Assembly (NCBI GenBank): GCA_964507245.1
Contig: CAZDQC010000004.1
Location: forward strand, 1,771-65,770
Length of the DNA: 64,000 nucleotides
DNA from: an uncultured Rhodospirillaceae bacterium
GTDB lineage: Bacteria > Pseudomonadota > Alphaproteobacteria > GCA-2731375
Reading direction: 5' to 3'
Shown: positions 59,953-64,000 of the stretch, one piece after another
Layout: each line of letters begins with the position of its first letter
Position numbering within the stretch: the first letter of the stretch is position 1
Notes under the pieces: model-generated
What the model was told of the DNA's origin: nothing
Database searches by the model: none
The model's input: the letters and a program-made list of their open reading frames with translations, nothing else
Made by a program: the position numbers and the translations under genes

Positions 59953-60243
59953 ATCATCACTTTCCGAAAACTTATGCCTACACAGATTAGCCGCAGACAA
60001 ATGGATTGCAACCACTTACATAATTAGTTCCTTCACCATTCTGCAAACACGCAGTAACCTGCAAAATTGGAGTGCATTGATCCAGGTTGAACTTAGCTAC
60101 CGGCATAGTGAATATAAAATCGGGTTTCGCTACAAAAGCTATGTCCAGCGTTGTCTGCTTCACAGAATAGTGCACCAGCGCAGCTCAGTCGGTGGTTTCC
60201 ATTCCCGACGGATAATTACAAAATAGCCCTTTTCAATTCCGAC

Positions 60244-61086
60244 CTATCCTAGTTCTGGACCAGCGATCAGGAAGACTTGTGCCGGATCATCCAATGGTTC
60301 TTCCCGTTTAAGCAGCATGCGCATATAACCCCGCTGCCGGGAAAACCCAGCCTTAGTCAACCACATCACTAAACTCCTTTGATGATCGGCTGCATCTAAG
60401 AAAACCGATCCACCTTGTGACAAAACGCTATCCAACAAAGTTAATGCGTCGTCCTGCGACCTAGCCGATAAAGGCCCAATCTGGGTCGCTAGCCGGCCAT
60501 CCCGGGCCAGCACAAAACCCTTCAATTCGCCATTTTGTTCCAGTACTAACGCCTGTTCCGGACACCGATTTTGAAGATGTTTAAGTAAGGCCCGCCTGTC
60601 CGCACCGGCTACTGAATAATCAAATTTAGCTACGGTATCCAGATCGTCCTGCTCCATGAACCGCACACCTTCGTGCATATGACCACCCGGCAGATCCGCC
60701 TGCCAACGGCTCAACGGATAAATATCCCTAAACCCCAAGGGAAGATAGATTTGCCTCCCCGCTTCGGTTGCATCTAGGCCCGCGACCAGATCCAACTCTT
60801 GCGCCCGGTCCATGCAACGACGCATCAAACCGCCGGCCAGACCACGTCGCTGCCAGGCACTGGTAACAAGGATCATGGCAATCCAGGCAAATCGGTCACC
60901 TTGGGGTATCAACATTGATGTAGCAACCAGATCACCGCACCGGACGCCCGTACCCTCTCCGTGGCCCAACATGAACAGCCAATCGTCGGCAATCTGGTTC
61001 CAGCCCGCCTCCTCATTCAAGCGGACGGCATTATCCACATCTGCTGCCACCAAAGGCAACCAGATCAGATCATCAATATTTTCCAT
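60244..61086 (-). CDS. GNAT family N-acetyltransferase (two-domain)
   Basis: ORF 60244-61125. The ATG at 61086 (MENIDDLIW...) overlaps the upstream epimerase gene by 14 nt. Acetyltransferase motifs ([11 protein letters not shown]) are present. Confidence 0.65.
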   Translation of the reverse strand: MENIDDLIWLPLVAADVDNAVRLNEEAGWNQIADDWLFMLGHGEGTGVRCGDLVATSMLIPQGDRFAWIAMILVTSAWQRRGLAGGLMRRCMDRAQELDLVAGLDATEAGRQIYLPLGFRDIYPLSRWQADLPGGHMHEGVRFMEQDDLDTVAKFDYSVAGADRRALLKHLQNRCPEQALVLEQNGELKGFVLARDGRLATQIGPLSARSQDDALTLLDSVLSQGGSVFLDAADHQRSLVMWLTKAGFSRQRGYMRMLLKREEPLDDPAQVFLIAGPELG

Positions 61087-62119
61087 CCCGAACTTCAAAA
61101 TGGGTGGGTTTTCCCAGCGATGCACCGTCGCGGGCCACCCAGTCCGCGACCCAATCGACCATGTGAAGCAATGAAACCTTGGGATAGCCGAACAACTTTT
61201 CGGCCAGGCCCGTGTTAATCAACCAAGCCTCCCGTGCCGGTTCGCCTTGCAGTGTAACCTCCCTGTTGAAACGTTTAGCAAATTCTTTAGCCAACCAGGA
61301 AATTGCCGTGACCTCCGGTCCTGTCACGTTCAATGCGCTGTGGGGAGTCGTACAATGGCCCAGGGCGCGCAAAGCCTGTGCATTGGCGTCACCTTGCCAG
61401 ATCACGTTGACATGGCCCATTCTCAAATCTACCGCTTGGCCAGCCCAAACCTTGGTTGCCACATCATACAGTACACCATAGCGCATATCGATCGCATAAC
61501 TTAGGCGGAGGCTACGCCCGGGTGTGCCAAATTGGTTGGAAAAATGCTCAAACACCCGCTCCCGGCCAACGCAGGAATTGGCGTATTCTCCTGGCGGTGG
61601 GGTTAGGGGCGTATTTTCATGAGCACCATGAGAAAAAATTGATACGAATGGATAAACGCAAGCAGTGGAAAAACTGACAATGTTAGCGGCACGGAACCGT
61701 TGCGCTGCAATGGCAGGGGCATGGACATTCATCGCCCAGGTCAAGTCTTCGGCACCTGTGGAACCAAATTTACGCCCTGCCATAAATATAATGTTCGGAA
61801 TCTCTGGCAACGACGCCACGGCGTCTCGATCCAACAAATCGCAAGTGATGGTTTCCACATCATGGCGTTGCAGCTGTTCAACTAATCCTACCTCGGAAAA
61901 GCGTGCAACTCCGATCACCCGTTTTTCCGGCGCGGCACGCTTGGCAAGACGCGCTAGTGTTGGCCCCATCTTCCCGCCAACGCCCAAAACCATAATGTCG
62001 CCATCCAACGCCGCCAGGTCGTTGATCAAGGCCTGACTGGGCCGGCTCATGAATTCATCCAGTGCTGCCTCGTCACTGAACCCCCCAGGGAAATCACGGA
62101 GTTGCAAAACGTCGTTCAT
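61073..62119 (-). CDS. NAD-dependent epimerase/dehydratase family protein
   Basis: 348 aa with an N-terminal Rossmann motif (VLGVGGKMG) and an extended SDR-like core. Confidence 0.75.
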   Translation of the reverse strand: MNDVLQLRDFPGGFSDEAALDEFMSRPSQALINDLAALDGDIMVLGVGGKMGPTLARLAKRAAPEKRVIGVARFSEVGLVEQLQRHDVETITCDLLDRDAVASLPEIPNIIFMAGRKFGSTGAEDLTWAMNVHAPAIAAQRFRAANIVSFSTACVYPFVSIFSHGAHENTPLTPPPGEYANSCVGRERVFEHFSNQFGTPGRSLRLSYAIDMRYGVLYDVATKVWAGQAVDLRMGHVNVIWQGDANAQALRALGHCTTPHSALNVTGPEVTAISWLAKEFAKRFNREVTLQGEPAREAWLINTGLAEKLFGYPKVSLLHMVDWVADWVARDGASLGKPTHFEVRDGKY

Positions 62120-62537
62120 GACAATGGCTTTTCCAACCTGCCTACAGTTTCGAGCATCCGAACAATACCGCTATAACAAATACAACGGAAAGGGCCAAAA
62201 TGTGTGCCCCCCGTTTTGGGCGTGCCACTTATCTTTATATTTTGGTACGTTATTTTCGCCTTAACCAAACCCACTAACCTGCCGGTCAACGTGATGATAA
62301 CGAATTAGGTTTCAAAAAATCCTTCATGTACGAAAAGTAGAGCTTTCAATCGGCTCTAAATTAGGTTGTCTGAAAGCAGCATCGATCCCAGCCCATGATT
62401 TCCTCGGCACCCTGTTTCAAGACCTTAGTTGACAATATCGAGAGGTCAAAGACACATTCGGACCAATGCAATATCCCGCTAGACCCGTATGTCTAGGTCA
62501 ATGTTAGACTGGCGTGAATTTAAAATAGGGGAATGAA

Positions 62538-63299
62538 ATGGATTTGGGACTGAGGGGCAAGAAAGCGATGGTTACCGGCGGCACGCGCGGCATAGGCCGA
62601 GCTATCGTAGAACGACTCGCTACCGAAGGAGCAGATGTTGCTATCTGCGCCCGCAATGTCGATGAAGTGGCGGCAACCGTTTCAGCCCTACAAGAGAGGG
62701 GTGTTCAGGCCACGGGCACAAACGTCGATGTGGGCGATGAATTAGCCTTGAAAAGCTGGATAAACCAGGCTGTCAGCGAATTAGGCGGACTGGACATCGT
62801 GGTCGCCAATGTTTCGGCCCTCGCAGGGGATGACACCGCGGCAGCCTGGCATGACGCCTTTGGCATAGACATGATGGGAACAATCCACACGATAGATGGG
62901 GCCCTACCACATTTGGAAAATTCAGAAACAGGAGCCATCGTCGCAATTAGTTCCGTCTCTGCCCTACAGTATTTTGGTGGGGTACGAGCTTATAATTCTA
63001 TGAAAGCAGCCCTGATAAACCACATGTCCAACCTTGCTCATGCCCTTGCACCTAAAGGTATACGTGTTAATACGGTATCACCGGGGACAATATATTTTGA
63101 AGGTGGTATCTGGAATAAACGTGAACTGGAATTGCCCGAACTCTTCGAAGGGGCTCTAGCAATGAACCCAATGGGCCGAATGGGGACACCCGCAGAAGTA
63201 GCTGATGCAACGGTCTTTTTATGCAGCCCCCTAGCCAGCTTTATTGCCGGCACCAACTTGTTAGTGGACGGCGCGCTATCTCAGGGCGTTCAATACTAG
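62538..63299 (+). CDS. SDR family oxidoreductase
   Basis: 253 aa with TGGTRGIGRAI, a YxxxK dyad (YNSMK) and a GGAAG RBS. Confidence 0.85.
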   Translation: MDLGLRGKKAMVTGGTRGIGRAIVERLATEGADVAICARNVDEVAATVSALQERGVQATGTNVDVGDELALKSWINQAVSELGGLDIVVANVSALAGDDTAAAWHDAFGIDMMGTIHTIDGALPHLENSETGAIVAISSVSALQYFGGVRAYNSMKAALINHMSNLAHALAPKGIRVNTVSPGTIYFEGGIWNKRELELPELFEGALAMNPMGRMGTPAEVADATVFLCSPLASFIAGTNLLVDGALSQGVQY

Positions 63300-63324
63300 T
63301 GAAATTCGTAAAGGAAATAGTCCG

Positions 63325-64000
63325 ATGGCAATGAAACCCCAACTGCTTCAACTGCTGGAGGCCATGAAAGCCCAAGATCTAAAACCTATGCACAAGTTGA
63401 GCCCCAAAGATGCGCGCAGGCAAATGACAGAAACGGCTAAATCTCGTGATACGACCTTAATCGAGGTTGGCAATATAGAAGACCGCACAATTCCTGGTCC
63501 GGCAGGAGCAATCCCTGTGCGGATATACAGATCAGAAAGGACTGATGGGCCCGTCGGTGCCATGGTCTACTTTCATGGCGGAGGCCATGTTATCGGTGAT
63601 CTGGACTCCCATGACTCCGTCTGCCGCGCAATTTGCCGTGATGCAAAAATTTTTGTCATGTCTGTAGATTACCGAATGGGACCAGAGTCAAAATTTCCAG
63701 CTGCTGTCGATGACAGTTATGCCGCCACGAAATGGCTGTTTGAAAATGCAGATAGTATGGGTGTCCGGGCGGATAAGATTGGCGTCGGCGGCGATAGTGC
63801 AGGTGGTAACTTGGCCTTAGTCACCTCTCTACTAGCCAGAGACAACGAAGACATCTCTATCGCATTTCAGATGCTGGTTTATCCCGTGATGGATTACACG
63901 GGCGGCACACCAACGTATGCTTCCTTCGGCAAGGGCTTTGGCCCCCTGACGGCAGATTCGATCCCCTACTTCCGCAAACATTATTTGAATAGCGACCAAG
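63325..64000 (+). CDS. Alpha/beta hydrolase, hormone-sensitive-lipase (HSL/family IV esterase)-like; 3' end truncated by window end
   Basis: Not in the ORF track because no stop lies within the window. The ATG at 63325 has an AGGAAA RBS. The oxyanion-hole HGGG motif (YFHGGGHVIGD) and nucleophile elbow GDSAGG are present. Confidence 0.8.
   Translation, partial: MAMKPQLLQLLEAMKAQDLKPMHKLSPKDARRQMTETAKSRDTTLIEVGNIEDRTIPGPAGAIPVRIYRSERTDGPVGAMVYFHGGGHVIGDLDSHDSVCRAICRDAKIFVMSVDYRMGPESKFPAAVDDSYAATKWLFENADSMGVRADKIGVGGDSAGGNLALVTSLLARDNEDISIAFQMLVYPVMDYTGGTPTYASFGKGFGPLTADSIPYFRKHYLNSDQ

Noticed and set aside
1-64000. Search for CRISPR arrays, tRNA or rRNA genes, insertion sequences, integrases and phage genes
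   Set aside because: I saw no regular short-repeat/spacer arrays, no tRNA-like cloverleaf candidates in intergenic regions, and no transposase or integrase ORFs. Intergenic regions are short and mostly explained as divergent promoters. Long direct repeats could not be searched exhaustively by eye.

Overview
This is a gene-dense chromosomal segment (about 90% coding, roughly 50% GC) that looks proteobacterial. The gene content fits a marine heterotrophic alphaproteobacterium (AapJQMP general amino acid ABC transporter, ModABC, many acyl-CoA enzymes), but that taxonomic guess is low confidence. About 60 CDS are supported. I recognised no rRNA, tRNA, CRISPR array, transposase, integrase or phage genes. 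All functional calls below rest on motif and family recognition from the translated ORFs, since no database search could be run.

The window divides into eight modules:
- 1-13.1 kb: a class III aminotransferase, an LLM flavin oxidoreductase, an M81 peptidase, a Zn-dependent alcohol dehydrogenase, an acyl-CoA dehydrogenase (ACAD), CinA, and a leucine catabolic core (HMG-CoA lyase, methylcrotonyl-CoA carboxylase alpha and beta) with a family III CoA transferase.
- 14.3-21.3 kb: a MaoC-like dehydratase and an ACAD next to a minus-strand operon. The operon is RidA -> molybdopterin (bis-PGD) oxidoreductase catalytic subunit -> 4Fe-4S subunit -> NrfD/DmsC-like membrane anchor. It has no Tat signal and resembles PadBCD.
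- 22-28.7 kb: two tandem enolase-superfamily genes, an ACAD-type flavoenzyme, a split hotdog hydratase pair, a second family III CoA transferase and a LOG-family gene.
- 29-35.9 kb: a hypothetical-hydrolase-TcuA-like flavoprotein-HIBADH-like operon, a GMC oxidoreductase and an SDR.
- 36.1-37.7 kb: a 504-aa hypothetical protein on an AT-rich islet.
- 37.7-51.4 kb: an NhaP antiporter, cysK-like, alaX-like and sseA genes, a GNAT gene, a strongly AT-rich aapPMQ block followed by a GC-normal aapJ, and metC immediately followed by modABC.
- 51.7-59.3 kb: an eight-gene minus-strand putative sugar or sugar-acid catabolic operon. It encodes an HpcH aldolase, a TIM-barrel isomerase, an enolase-superfamily enzyme, two Gfo/Idh/MocA oxidoreductases, a small ORF, a DUF993/DapA-like protein and a PhyH dioxygenase.
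- 59.6-64 kb: a small alpha+beta protein, a GNAT gene, an NAD-epimerase, an SDR and a partial HSL-type esterase.

The findings I rate highest are the cytoplasmic PadBCD-like Mo enzyme operon with RidA and the uncharacterised catabolic operon at 51.7-59.3 kb. The compositionally foreign aapPMQ block, the 504-aa orphan protein, and several palindromic candidate operators are also noted.
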